Shown: positions 21,663-32,184, counted from the stretch's first letter. The stretch is 64,000 nucleotides of DNA from Promethearchaeota archaeon (GCA_048940645.1 JBHLOI010000015.1:1-64000), one strand, 5' to 3'. Made by a program: numbers and translations. Notes: a model not told the origin generated them from the sequence alone.

Positions 21663-22370
21663 TTATTTTTTCTTTTGTTGAGTTGTTTTTAGTTGAACTT
21701 CCTTACCACTTCTAGTTATTAATAATAAAACGATAAACAAGATAACTGAAAATAAGAACGTTAAAACCGCCATTGCATCCGGTAGCCATATATAGCTTAA
21801 ATACAGAAATGGCATAATAAATAAAGCTATAATTATAATAAAAACGGGTATAGGAACTTCTTCTCCCTTCAAATCTATTAAAAGTGGAATGATTATTAAA
21901 CCAACACTTATAGTTGCTGCCATTCTAAAACCCATTAAAATACCTAAATCAACCCATGCTTCAATTGCAAAAGTATCCGTGTATATATCAGGCATAAAAG
22001 CGAACCAATAAAGTCTAGTATTATCTTGCATTGATGTAATTGAAGCTGGTAAAATACCTGCGAGAATAATTTGGACAATAATGGCTAACACAAAATAGAG
22101 GATAATCTCGTTAATTTCTTTCTTTTCAGAAGCAACTCCATATAAATCACGTGCTAAACAGATATCCCATAGAATAAATAATACTAAATATACTCCAAGA
22201 ACATCAAACCCAAAACCCCAGAGAACATTTGTAGGCAGAAGAGCCATAACATAAGCTAAATAACCGTATTTCTCATTTCGCTTAAATATATCAAATACTA
22301 AAAAAACTCCAAATATTACAAAAAATGTTACTAAAAATACTATAGCCTCAGCAGTAGGTGTAAATGCCAT
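21663..22370 (-). CDS. Multi-pass membrane protein of unknown function
   Basis: About 7 hydrophobic segments and a Lys-rich tail. Confidence 0.7.
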   Translation of the reverse strand: MAFTPTAEAIVFLVTFFVIFGVFLVFDIFKRNEKYGYLAYVMALLPTNVLWGFGFDVLGVYLVLFILWDICLARDLYGVASEKKEINEIILYFVLAIIVQIILAGILPASITSMQDNTRLYWFAFMPDIYTDTFAIEAWVDLGILMGFRMAATISVGLIIIPLLIDLKGEEVPIPVFIIIIALFIMPFLYLSYIWLPDAMAVLTFLFSVILFIVLLLITRSGKEVQLKTTQQKKK

Positions 22371-22454
22371 GTTGAATATTCCCTTTTATATAAAAAATAA
22401 TTCTATTATTATTAATATAAAATCCTATATTTTAAATCTTTAATAGGTTGGTTT

Positions 22455-23858
22455 TTATTGTTCGTATAATAATTCTAATTCTGAAATAATTTTTGATAAT
22501 TCTTCAACCATTTTTTTAGAATTTTTTATATTCTCTGATTCTGCTGAAAGAAGAACAGCATTTCTGTTTAAAGCTACTTTAATATTAGTATAAACGCCAT
22601 CTCCAATTATTTTTAATTCATTTATTATATCTTGGTAAGCAAAACCATGTTCCTCGGCAAATTCAATTAATTTATTATGGATATTTTCAATCACTTTTGC
22701 AGAAGCAGGTAAAGTCTTATTTACTTTTATGCCTTTAGGAAAGCCTCTAGTTAATGAACTAATAAGGTCTTTTTGTGCTGTCATTATTTCAAGAATCTTC
22801 AATAGGATGAAATTTCCATCACTGAATGGGCTGTATTGGGGGAAGTAAAATTTAAAGGTATCAGCAGCTGCAAAGCATGCTCGTTCTTCCCTTATTTGCC
22901 TTGAAATCTCGCCAGGATAGTTTTTAACCAATTTTATCGGAAATCCAGATTCTTGGATAAAATCTTTTACAACTGGAGAAATCGAAGGTGTCGTAATTAT
23001 TGTACTAGATTTTGATTTTTGAATCCGCTCATCATAAGAAACAAATAGCATTAATAAATCCTCATAGCTTATTTCCAAACCATTCTCATCTAAAATCAAT
23101 ATTCTTGAGCCATCAACATCAAATAAAACCCCCAAATGACTATTTGAAGCTTTTACAATATTTGCTGTATTTCTAATGGTGTTTACACTAGGGACAGGAG
23201 TTTGTGATCTCTGTCGGTAGTGCGTATTCAAAGCAATAACTTCCACACCTATATCATTTACTAAAATAGGAGTATTTTTTCCAGTTGGTCCGTATGAGCA
23301 ATCCATTACAACTCTAAGATTTGCTTGAGTAATTCTTTTTTTATCTACAAATTGTTCTAAAGACTTTATATACACATCCTGTGTTTGAGGGATAGCGTTT
23401 ATTAGCCCAATCTTACTAGGTTCAACACGTCTAACTTTTTCAGGGTAAATATTATACGACTGTATTATTTTTTCAATTTCAGCAGGAGCAAACTCTATTC
23501 CTCCCGCATCAACAAATCTAACACCTACATCTTCACTATACAAATGTCCTCCAGAGAAATATGTGCCTCCACTGGCTCCAAATCTCCTTATTGTAAATTG
23601 CAATAGAGGATAAGTACAATCAGATAAGTTTAATATATTAACACCAGTACTCATAAGACCGGAAGTGTAAGCTCTTTTTAACATCCGGCTATCGTTATGA
23701 TAATCTCTCCCAATTACAATAGTTTCGTTTTCTTTGAATATACTTCCATGAATGGAACCAATTGAGCTTGAAACCTCTGGAGTAAAGATATAATTAGCAC
23801 GTCCGACTATTCGACCACCTTTATTCAATGTTTCTAGGTTTTGAACCATGTAAATCAT
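22455..23858 (-). CDS. Phosphohexomutase (PMM/PGM)-like protein lacking the catalytic Ser
   Basis: IVIGRD, VMDCSYG and FDVDGSR match the fold, but the (T/S)ASHN loop reads SGGHL. Confidence 0.8.
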   Translation of the reverse strand: MIYMVQNLETLNKGGRIVGRANYIFTPEVSSSIGSIHGSIFKENETIVIGRDYHNDSRMLKRAYTSGLMSTGVNILNLSDCTYPLLQFTIRRFGASGGTYFSGGHLYSEDVGVRFVDAGGIEFAPAEIEKIIQSYNIYPEKVRRVEPSKIGLINAIPQTQDVYIKSLEQFVDKKRITQANLRVVMDCSYGPTGKNTPILVNDIGVEVIALNTHYRQRSQTPVPSVNTIRNTANIVKASNSHLGVLFDVDGSRILILDENGLEISYEDLLMLFVSYDERIQKSKSSTIITTPSISPVVKDFIQESGFPIKLVKNYPGEISRQIREERACFAAADTFKFYFPQYSPFSDGNFILLKILEIMTAQKDLISSLTRGFPKGIKVNKTLPASAKVIENIHNKLIEFAEEHGFAYQDIINELKIIGDGVYTNIKVALNRNAVLLSAESENIKNSKKMVEELSKIISELELLYEQ

Positions 23859-24041
23859 TTAGAATTTGAATTATTTAAAAAAATGCAATTGGAAATTATA
23901 AGTAATATAGCTAAATTTGAATTTATAACTTTAACTGTTTTAAAAAATTGAAAAGAATTATTTGCGATAAAAGATTAGAAAAGTTATCAATCTTTTGTTC
24001 TAAACTGTTAGATTTTAATTATTATTCGAAAGTAGTTAATC

Positions 24042-25757
24042 ATGACTGAAAAATTAGGTTCTTTTGTATTAGTCCTACATTCTCACCTTCCATGGGTTCT
24101 TAACCATGGAATATGGCCCCATGGTATGAGTTGGGTAAATGAAGCCGCAGCAGAAACATATATTCCTTTATTACAAGAATTATATAAACTTGTGGATGAT
24201 GGTTATCACCCAAAGCTGACAATTGGCATTACACCAGTATTATGTGAAATGCTTAGGCATCCTTCTTTTATCGATGGGTTTATAGGATACTTAGATGAAA
24301 GAGTTGCAGCAGCTTTACATGATTATGATAATTTCACAGAAAATAAATACGAAGATGGCAGGATCAAATTAGCTAAATGGTGGGAGGAATTTTATGAACG
24401 TTTAAGAGATGATTTTCTTCATAGATTTAATAGAGATGTTGTTGGAGGATTTAAAAAACTTCAGGATGATGGATTACTTGATATAATAACCTGTGGTGCA
24501 ACACATGGATATGCTCCCTTACTTTCGAAGGATACATCTATAAACGCTCAATTTAAAACAGCTGTTGACAATTACGAAATGCATTTTGGGAGAAAACCAA
24601 CAGGAGCATGGTTACCAGAATGTGCATATCGCCCAGGTTATCGATGGAGAAATCCTATTACTAATGAGGAGTATAACCGCCCTGGAGTTGAATATTTTCT
24701 TGCGAAAAATGGCTTGAAATACTTTTTTGTTGACACTGCCCTATTATTAGGAGGAAAATCTCAAGGTGTCTACGCAGCAAGATTTCCCCTGTTAAAAGAG
24801 TTATGGAAACAATTTTCTGATCAGTACGAAGAAATTCCTACTTCATTCGAAAAATCACAATATGAAGCGTATTTAGTTTCTACAGATCCTTCGACGAAAT
24901 CACCTGTAGCTTTTTTTACGCGAGATGAAAAAACTGGGATTGTAGTATGGAGCGGTGAACATGGATATCCAGGTTGCGCTGAGTATCTTGATTTCCATAA
25001 AAAGCACTGGCCGTCAGGAAACAAATATTGGAAGGTTACACACGCAAAACTTGACCTAGGAGCCAAAATGTTATATTGGCCTGATGATATTCCAAGAAAA
25101 TTAGATGAAAATGCAGGCCATTATGTACAACTCATTAAGGATATTCTTCGGGATTATAGGGATAAATTTGGTAATAATGGAATTGTAGTAGCACCCTATG
25201 ACTGCGAACTCTTTGGACACTGGTGGTTTGAAGGAAATTGGTGGTTAGCAAGAGTTTTAAGATGGGTTGAGGATGATCCTGCAGTTGAATTAACAAATAC
25301 TAGAATATTTGTAGAGGAAAATCCACCTAATAAGGTGGTCCAAATCATTGAAGGAAGTTGGGGCCAAGGTTCAAGCCATTGGGTATGGTTAAATGAGTGG
25401 ACAACGTGGACATGGGAAAAGATTTATGAATGTGAAGCTAAAAGTGAAGTAATCATGACTAAATATAAGAATTCTTCAGATCTGCATTTAATTAAAATTT
25501 TAAAGCAATTAGCTAGAGAATTACTACTCTTAGAAAGCTCAGATTGGCAATTTTTAATGACGACTTGGTCAGCACGTGATTATGCTGAAAATCGCATTGC
25601 TCTACATTATGATAATTTTAACAGATTATATGATATGGCTTCGAAATATGGGAGTGGGCAACATGTTGATGAAGGAGAATGGCACTTTCTTGGAACCCTT
25701 GAGTTTAATGATGGCCTATTTAAAGATATTGATTTAGAACCATTCGCAAATAAATAA
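24042..25757 (+). CDS. GH57 1,4-alpha-glucan branching enzyme (DUF1957)
   Basis: LHSHLPW, ETYIP, ATHGY, WLPECAY (nucleophile), YDCELFGHWWFEG (acid/base), SSDWQF. Confidence 0.93.
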   Translation: MTEKLGSFVLVLHSHLPWVLNHGIWPHGMSWVNEAAAETYIPLLQELYKLVDDGYHPKLTIGITPVLCEMLRHPSFIDGFIGYLDERVAAALHDYDNFTENKYEDGRIKLAKWWEEFYERLRDDFLHRFNRDVVGGFKKLQDDGLLDIITCGATHGYAPLLSKDTSINAQFKTAVDNYEMHFGRKPTGAWLPECAYRPGYRWRNPITNEEYNRPGVEYFLAKNGLKYFFVDTALLLGGKSQGVYAARFPLLKELWKQFSDQYEEIPTSFEKSQYEAYLVSTDPSTKSPVAFFTRDEKTGIVVWSGEHGYPGCAEYLDFHKKHWPSGNKYWKVTHAKLDLGAKMLYWPDDIPRKLDENAGHYVQLIKDILRDYRDKFGNNGIVVAPYDCELFGHWWFEGNWWLARVLRWVEDDPAVELTNTRIFVEENPPNKVVQIIEGSWGQGSSHWVWLNEWTTWTWEKIYECEAKSEVIMTKYKNSSDLHLIKILKQLARELLLLESSDWQFLMTTWSARDYAENRIALHYDNFNRLYDMASKYGSGQHVDEGEWHFLGTLEFNDGLFKDIDLEPFANK

Positions 25758-25965
25758 AAATAAAATAGATTTTTAAGCACTATTATAAATTTTTTCGACT
25801 AATTCAAATAGCAGCTCATTATCTTATTAAAATATATAACTGAGTTCAATTTATGTAGTAAGTTCACTCTAAGTTTATCAAATAAATCTATTTATAGAAT
25901 TATTTCTTATATAGGACTAGAAGTAATTTAACATATTAGATTATCTATAAAGAACGTTTTGGAGA

Positions 25966-26349
25966 ATGAAAATGAATGGCAATAATAAAGTTTCTATTGA
26001 TTTAGATTTAGAAATAAAATATCAACCATTGGAAATTATTGATATTCCCCAATTAATAGAAGAATGTACTAGTAATTGGCAGAATTTATCCCTTTGTAAT
26101 GTTAATGATTCTGTTATTAGATTGGGAATTCTCGAAGGAGTATTTCATTGGCATAAGCATGAAAAAGAAGATGAATTCTTCTTCGTTATTGAAGGCATAC
26201 TTTTAATTGATTTGGAAGATAAAGTAGTTGAATTAAAATCAAATCAAGGTTTTACTATACCTAGAGGTGTAATGCATCGAACAAGAGCCCCTTCTCGTAC
26301 TTCAATATTAATGATAGAGCAAAGCACTACAAAACCAATAGGAGATTGA
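25966..26349 (+). CDS. Cupin-domain protein
   Basis: FHWHKHEKEDEFF and IPRGVMHRT. Confidence 0.9.
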   Translation: MKMNGNNKVSIDLDLEIKYQPLEIIDIPQLIEECTSNWQNLSLCNVNDSVIRLGILEGVFHWHKHEKEDEFFFVIEGILLIDLEDKVVELKSNQGFTIPRGVMHRTRAPSRTSILMIEQSTTKPIGD

Positions 26350-26498
26350 AAGTAATTTAAAACATTCAGAATTAGCTCAAGTTACTTGTGAAAATTCTCT
26401 TTAGTATGGAATACACTCTTAATTACTTCTTTAATAGTTAATGTCATATATTTTTTTTAATTTTTGAATTCAATGAATTTTAAACATTTGACTAAAAA

Positions 26499-27557
26499 TT
26501 ACAAGCTAAATTCATGAATGGGGTAATCATAATTTCTACCCATAACTAGTTTTACCTCTTTCTTTTGCATATTATAAACTACAGACCATTGAGTACTACT
26601 TTGAGAAACGATCTCCAAAAGATTTAAAGCTTCAATTGGGTTAATATTTCCTTCTTTGTCACTTAAAACTGATTCACATGTAATATATCTGCTACATCCT
26701 TGTTTGGTACTGTTAGTACTTCCATAAATGACAAAATTTGTAGAAACTTGCCACATGTGTTCATTTCTGAGAATTATCATCTCACCACCAATCCATTCAA
26801 TTACAGCAGAATTCCCTGTTGCATCAGCAATTAAATAATGTAAATCAGGCCCCGGAGGAAAATAAACATTGTAATTATCCCATAAATCTAAAGCTTCATC
26901 AATATTTATAGCATAGTCTAGAACTAATCGCATAAACGATAAACTTCCTAACGTAACTTTTTCTGGATCAATTACATTTTCAGCATTAGAGATAGCCATA
27001 CAACCTATTGTTAAGCCAAATTCATTCATACCATCTAATAAGAAATAAGGAGATCTCAGAAGGTCTTGGAGATTTTCAATAGGTTGTTGAGAAATTTGAT
27101 AATCATTATAAAACCCAAGAAAGCCTAAATCCACCATTGAAATACTCTTATATCCATTAGGAGGATTGGTATATAAAATAAGTGCTGGACGATGAGACCA
27201 ATCAAAATTTCTACCAAATAACATATCAGTCTGATTATTCAAAGTGGCGAAGCAAGTGCAAGCCCAATTATTATTAAAAATTTTCTGGGTAGAACCAAAC
27301 TCACCCGTTTCCAAATAGTCTTCAAATCCATAATCTCCATAATAATTCATTGTATACAGAGGATGGTTGTCAACTTTTCTTAAACTTGATAATGTATCCT
27401 GCTGAAAAGCAGGTAAATAAGTTTTTTCAGAGAATGATATTATGATAACAATGGGCGTGATAATTGCTAAAAGGGTAATGATAATAATGATATTTTTCTT
27501 CTTAATCTTTGCTAAGTTTTTTCTTTTAGAAGTTTTATTTATAGTTTCAGGCTCCAT
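26499..27557 (-). CDS. Membrane-anchored Ntn hydrolase (choloylglycine hydrolase / linear amide C-N hydrolase family)
   Basis: N-terminal TM; ACTCF nucleophile site, GRNFDW, DGMNEFGL, HYLIAD, STNF, TQWSVVY. Confidence 0.85.
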   Translation of the reverse strand: MEPETINKTSKRKNLAKIKKKNIIIIITLLAIITPIVIIISFSEKTYLPAFQQDTLSSLRKVDNHPLYTMNYYGDYGFEDYLETGEFGSTQKIFNNNWACTCFATLNNQTDMLFGRNFDWSHRPALILYTNPPNGYKSISMVDLGFLGFYNDYQISQQPIENLQDLLRSPYFLLDGMNEFGLTIGCMAISNAENVIDPEKVTLGSLSFMRLVLDYAINIDEALDLWDNYNVYFPPGPDLHYLIADATGNSAVIEWIGGEMIILRNEHMWQVSTNFVIYGSTNSTKQGCSRYITCESVLSDKEGNINPIEALNLLEIVSQSSTQWSVVYNMQKKEVKLVMGRNYDYPIHEFSL

Positions 27558-27689
27558 AATAAGAATTTAATTTTAAATTAATTTGGTCTTATTCTGAAAA
27601 TTATTTTAGGAAACTAATATAATTTTGTAGAAGTTAAGAGTTTAGTGAAAGTTATAAATTAAAAGAAAAAAGAAGTAAATATTATATTA

Positions 27690-29090
27690 TTATACTATAC
27701 CTAAATATTCCAAAGCCTTATTCTTGATCTTCTCCATCGTGATTGTATCTGTGGTTTCTTCTAAATAATTAATTGTAAATGTGAGCCTCCCTGAGACAGT
27801 TACAGCAGAAATAACAAGCTCCATAAGTGGTGAGGCTGAAGTAACAAAGATAAAACGATCTAATTCTAATGAACCATATTTAGAGGGATAGTCTAATAGT
27901 CCTAAATTAGTAACTGCTAAACCTGGCACTTTTTCTATTTTCTTTCTTGTCATTTTATTAGCTATATTTTTTTTATCAATGCTAAAAGAATGGATTTTTT
28001 CGTATCTGCTAAAATTCGGAGGAACAAGTTTACCTAGGAAACTAAATGACTGTGTTTCTGAGAGAGACTTATCAATAAGCCCCATAAGGGCAACCATCTT
28101 AAATACTTTGTTAATCTTGAGCTTTTCTCTTACGTTTTCATTGAAAATCTTAGCATTCTCCCAAAAATCTTTTTTTGGATTATAAGATAGTTCAAATTGA
28201 AATCCTGCGGCGTAGAGTCCAAAGTTTTCACCTACTGGTTTTATATATCGTTTACGTGTGTTGACAGGAATCAAGATATTTCGCCTTCCTCCTTTAAAAT
28301 GTCCTCGAATATCATAGCGTGCAGCAAGAAAAGCAGTGTTAAGAGCAGAATTAAGAGTTACTTTGTGTTGTCGGCATCTTTTAGAGAGATCTGATGTTTC
28401 TATTTTAGTTAATTCCACTGAGATGACTTTAAAGGTGAAATTATTCCAATAAGCTCTAAAAATATTATCTACATCCTCATCGTCAAAGATGACTTTCTTT
28501 TTCTGCCACATTTTGTTCATTTTATTAATTACTACCATTATCATTTTTCCAGGTGTAGTATCAGTTGGAAAAATTTCAGGAGTTGCTAAGGGAGGATCTG
28601 GCATAATTTGTACCTCTCGATCAGGATCTCCAAGATATAATAACAAGTCTCGTGCTAGAATTGCCATAGATGTTCCATCACATATTATATGATGACAAGT
28701 GATAATTATTTCAGAAATTTCAGATGATTGCAATAAAATAAAGCGAGCTAATGGTCCTCTTTCTACTTTAAAACGGATTTTATACTCATTTAAAAGTTCT
28801 TGATACCAATCTTTTTCTGATTTACGTTGCACTACCTTTAATGGATTTTCAGGAACATTTTTTGAGGTAAACCAAGTATCATAATTTTCATCAAGGTAAA
28901 TTCGGACTCCTAATAATGGATGTTGATGTCTTACTTTTTTTAATCCTTTTCTCAAATCTTCTTTAGAAATAAAGCCTTTTAATCTAGCGACTATAGATAT
29001 ATTACTAATAGGTACTCTAAAGAATCTTCTCTCATGAGGGACTAATTTTCTTTCAAATTCTTTATATTGAATTGTTTGAAGCTGTGTTAT
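27690..29090 (-). CDS. Condensation-domain / alcohol acyltransferase (CoA-dependent acyltransferase fold) protein
   Basis: HHIICDG (HHxxxDG), HPLL, PVNTR, VTNLG. The frame is open 45 codons upstream of the track's TTG 28955, to ATA 29090. Confidence 0.82.
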   Translation of the reverse strand: MTQLQTIQYKEFERKLVPHERRFFRVPISNISIVARLKGFISKEDLRKGLKKVRHQHPLLGVRIYLDENYDTWFTSKNVPENPLKVVQRKSEKDWYQELLNEYKIRFKVERGPLARFILLQSSEISEIIITCHHIICDGTSMAILARDLLLYLGDPDREVQIMPDPPLATPEIFPTDTTPGKMIMVVINKMNKMWQKKKVIFDDEDVDNIFRAYWNNFTFKVISVELTKIETSDLSKRCRQHKVTLNSALNTAFLAARYDIRGHFKGGRRNILIPVNTRKRYIKPVGENFGLYAAGFQFELSYNPKKDFWENAKIFNENVREKLKINKVFKMVALMGLIDKSLSETQSFSFLGKLVPPNFSRYEKIHSFSIDKKNIANKMTRKKIEKVPGLAVTNLGLLDYPSKYGSLELDRFIFVTSASPLMELVISAVTVSGRLTFTINYLEETTDTITMEKIKNKALEYLGIV

Positions 29091-29115
29091 TTTTCACACC
29101 TCTTAAAAAATAGTC

Positions 29116-29219
29116 TTTCATTAATTGTGAATTTTCATAATTAATGAAAGCTAATTAATAATAAATATTTTTAATATTTAAATACTTTCACCATTCATGA
29201 AATTTCACATTCTGTAAAA
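29116..29219. promoter_or_regulatory. Four TTTCA-N7-TGAAA-type operator boxes as two head-to-tail pairs in a divergent promoter
   Basis: 29116-29132 TTTCAttaattgTGAAT; 29133-29149 TTTCAtaattaaTGAAA; 29186-29202 TTTCAccattcaTGAAA; 29203-29219 TTTCAcattctgTAAAA. Confidence 0.7.
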
Positions 29220-29257
29220 AGATTTTTATATTAGAAAAATGATAAGAACATTAAGAA

Positions 29258-30364
29258 ATGCCTACAAAAAAAATTAATAATCATATCTATGACAAGAAGA
29301 TTAGAGAATATGAGCAGGAAATCATAAATTTCATCGTAGAATCTGGAAAAAATAAAAGAAGATTTGACATAGAATCTCATGTGCTTGCTTACTTCTTATT
29401 GCGCGAAGGACAGTGGCTTAGCCAAGACAATATTAGAGAATTATCACTCATATTTTATAAAAAGGAATCTAAAAAAGGAATTTCAAAGGGTTCAATATCT
29501 AAAACTCTGAATATATATGAAAGATATCGGGCTTTAAAAAAAAGAAAGGTTGCTAATAAGAAGAATGCTTTTGAATATTCGATGTCAGAACCATTTAATC
29601 AATTGATGTTTTCTGCGATAGAATATGGATTAGAGGAGATAGAGAAATATATTTCATTTTTTAGGGTAAAATTGATTTCTTTAAAAGAAATTATACCCAA
29701 AATAAAAGAGGAAGAATTTCTAAAAGTTATTTTAATAGAAAGAGTGCAGGAATTGATAGATTTCTTTATTTTTCATAAGAATCTTCTCGAAAATAATCTA
29801 GGGACTACACTAGAGAAAGAAGAAACTATAGCAAAATTACTGGAAGTAAATAATATACAAACTAAAAAGTCAGTTAGCGATATTGAAAGTGATATTATTG
29901 AGTTTATATTAGATTGTCCACTATTTGTTATTGAAGAAACAAAATATTCACTTATAATGGCATATTTCTTTACAAGGAAGAGATTAACTCAAGAAAAAAT
30001 AAAAAAACTTACTAACTTTTCTGCAGGAATGGTTTCTGAATGTGTAAATTATTTAATTAAAAGAAAATACATTAAGTTAGAAAAAATTAAAGGAATAAGG
30101 AAGCGTTTTTATAAACTATCCTCAATTGCTTATTATAATTATCTAAGATTTTATCGCCGTTTTAAATCAATATCCAGATTATATAGAAAATTGAATGAAT
30201 TAAATAATAAATTAGAAAGGAAAAGGGAGGAATTACAGAATTTATATGGCTATATAAATATAAATAAACAAGTTAAACAATTTTTAAATGCGATGCCCTT
30301 GGTGGAAAAATTAGTTGCATTGTTTAGCGATGCAAAGGAAAAATTTGGAGGAAAAATTGAATAA
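29258..30364 (+). CDS. Transcriptional regulator with two tandem GbsR/MarR-like wHTH domains
   Basis: Internal duplication: EQEIINFI..LAYFLLR..LSQDNIRELS..SKGSISKTLN versus ESDIIEFI..MAYFFTR..LTQEKIKKLT.FSAGMVSECVN. Confidence 0.75.
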   Translation: MPTKKINNHIYDKKIREYEQEIINFIVESGKNKRRFDIESHVLAYFLLREGQWLSQDNIRELSLIFYKKESKKGISKGSISKTLNIYERYRALKKRKVANKKNAFEYSMSEPFNQLMFSAIEYGLEEIEKYISFFRVKLISLKEIIPKIKEEEFLKVILIERVQELIDFFIFHKNLLENNLGTTLEKEETIAKLLEVNNIQTKKSVSDIESDIIEFILDCPLFVIEETKYSLIMAYFFTRKRLTQEKIKKLTNFSAGMVSECVNYLIKRKYIKLEKIKGIRKRFYKLSSIAYYNYLRFYRRFKSISRLYRKLNELNNKLERKREELQNLYGYININKQVKQFLNAMPLVEKLVALFSDAKEKFGGKIE

Positions 30365-30366
30365 AA

Positions 30367-30813
30367 TCATTTATAACGAGGCAAATCTTTAGTTTCTTCA
30401 AAATATTTTTCAACTCCAATCTCTTTCATTCTATTATTCATTTTTAACCATCTTCTTTTAAGATGCTGATCGAAATTAGTGTTTTCACACGGGAAATTAG
30501 AGCATTGAAAACAAAAATCGACACCTTTTTCTTTATAGCAATTAATAACACCACAATTAGGATATTTACAAATACCTTTCCGACAACCAGGGCAATCTCC
30601 CTGAGTAAAGTAATGTAAAAGCTCTTTAAAATTAGGATAATTTTTAAAAATTGGCAGGAACTTAGAAAATCTTTCAGCATAAACATCAAAAGCCCCTAAT
30701 AATTGCTGTAATTCCTGGCTATGCATCTTTATTTCACCTTCGGTATTTGCGAAACATTTTTTACAGCTTAGGCCACATGGCGCTAAATGATTTAAAATTT
30801 CTTTATATTCCAT
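30367..30813 (-). CDS. DUF3795-like Cys-rich protein
   Basis: APCGLSCKKC, CPGCR, C..C..KGVDFCFQC..FPC. Confidence 0.8.
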   Translation of the reverse strand: MEYKEILNHLAPCGLSCKKCFANTEGEIKMHSQELQQLLGAFDVYAERFSKFLPIFKNYPNFKELLHYFTQGDCPGCRKGICKYPNCGVINCYKEKGVDFCFQCSNFPCENTNFDQHLKRRWLKMNNRMKEIGVEKYFEETKDLPRYK

Positions 30814-30944
30814 AATTGATCTCCAAAATTTCTTAATCTAAAGTTAAATTTAAAATTTTATGATTTCAATTGAAAAAATCAAGAGATAGATATTTATGTT
30901 TAAAGAATTGAAATATATTTCAATAAATGAATATTTTATGTTGA

Positions 30945-31424
30945 GTGAAAATGGAAGGAATATTTAACTTAGTTTTTGGAAATTTAAAGATCCAGCATAT
31001 AAATTATATTTATCCTAATGCTGAAAAACATGCTAAATTGATGGAGTCGAAATTTAAAATGCCTAAATTTGAATTTTCTGAAGATTTAGATCATCCTGCT
31101 ACATATCGGGGGAGAGAAACTAAATTCTCAATTAAAATGGGAGTAAGTCGCTGTTTTAATACTTCTATCGAGATTTTTGAATGGATCAAAGGTGATTCTG
31201 TGTATAAAGAATTTGTAGATACCCAAAAAGAAGGGTTACATCATTTTGGAGTGTTTGTTGAAAATTTACAAGAATATGTTGATTATCTAAAAAAACAAGG
31301 AATAGAAGTAATCCAAACTGGTATGTTTCCACCTAGATTAAAATACGCTTATATGGATACTTTAAAGATTTTTGGAGTAGTAATTGAGTTTATAGAGCTA
31401 GTTAAAAGGAAAAGAAAAAATTAA
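30945..31424 (+). CDS. VOC (glyoxalase / methylmalonyl-CoA epimerase-like) family protein
   Basis: IQHI, IEIFE, EGLHHFGV, YAYMDT, GVVIEFIE. Confidence 0.82.
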   Translation: MKMEGIFNLVFGNLKIQHINYIYPNAEKHAKLMESKFKMPKFEFSEDLDHPATYRGRETKFSIKMGVSRCFNTSIEIFEWIKGDSVYKEFVDTQKEGLHHFGVFVENLQEYVDYLKKQGIEVIQTGMFPPRLKYAYMDTLKIFGVVIEFIELVKRKRKN

Positions 31425-31473
31425 CAACTCTTACTTGAAAAATTTATATACCATTAGATACAAGTTTACAATT

Positions 31474-32184
31474 ATGGCGAATTATTGTGGTAAATGTGGT
31501 TCAGAAATTCAACCCAATTTAGAAATTTGTCCTTTTTGTGGTGCTGAATTAAAGAACCAATTATTATCAAATACATATATGCAAAAAAGCTCAATCCCTC
31601 TGGAGATTTCCGATTTTGCACCTGTTGAAATGACAGATTCAGGTAAAAAAACGTTTTACTGTATGTTAGCTGTAATTATTTGTCCAATTATAATAATTAA
31701 TTGCAGTCTTTTTTTTTCCATTTCATCAACAAGTGGTATTCCCGATTTTGCTTTAATGTTTTTCCTGTACCTTGATTTACCACTTATAGCAATATTTGCA
31801 CCAATGCTGTATTATTTTTACAAGCTGTATACATCCACTTCAACAATTACTATTTCAATGATTGGTATAGAATTTATACAATTTCCAAAGAGACACCCGT
31901 TTCGAGTAAACTGGTCGGATTTTGATACAATACAATTAAAAGTTAGTGGGACGAGAGCTATTCCTGATTCGACATTAACATCAACAAGACCCCTAATTAG
32001 GACTTTAAAAATTAAATTCTTGAGAGACCACCCAACACCTTATCGAGCAAGTAGAAAGCATAAAATATTTAGTGATGGAAAAGCTCAAGTAATACTTAAT
32101 CAAATAATCTATTACGCGAAAAAGATGAATAAAACTATTATTACTAACCGAAGAACGAGAAAGTATTACTCTCTTCAAGTATGA
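31474..32184 (+). CDS. Zinc-ribbon membrane protein
   Basis: YCGKCG...CPFCG, two TM helices, then a soluble domain. ORF opens at 31435; ATG 31474 preferred. Confidence 0.7.
   Translation: MANYCGKCGSEIQPNLEICPFCGAELKNQLLSNTYMQKSSIPLEISDFAPVEMTDSGKKTFYCMLAVIICPIIIINCSLFFSISSTSGIPDFALMFFLYLDLPLIAIFAPMLYYFYKLYTSTSTITISMIGIEFIQFPKRHPFRVNWSDFDTIQLKVSGTRAIPDSTLTSTRPLIRTLKIKFLRDHPTPYRASRKHKIFSDGKAQVILNQIIYYAKKMNKTIITNRRTRKYYSLQV

Noticed and set aside
29091-29096. In-frame TGA just upstream of the acyltransferase extension, considered as selenocysteine
   Set aside because: It sits between the SD motif and the ATA, with no coding-like sequence or start further upstream
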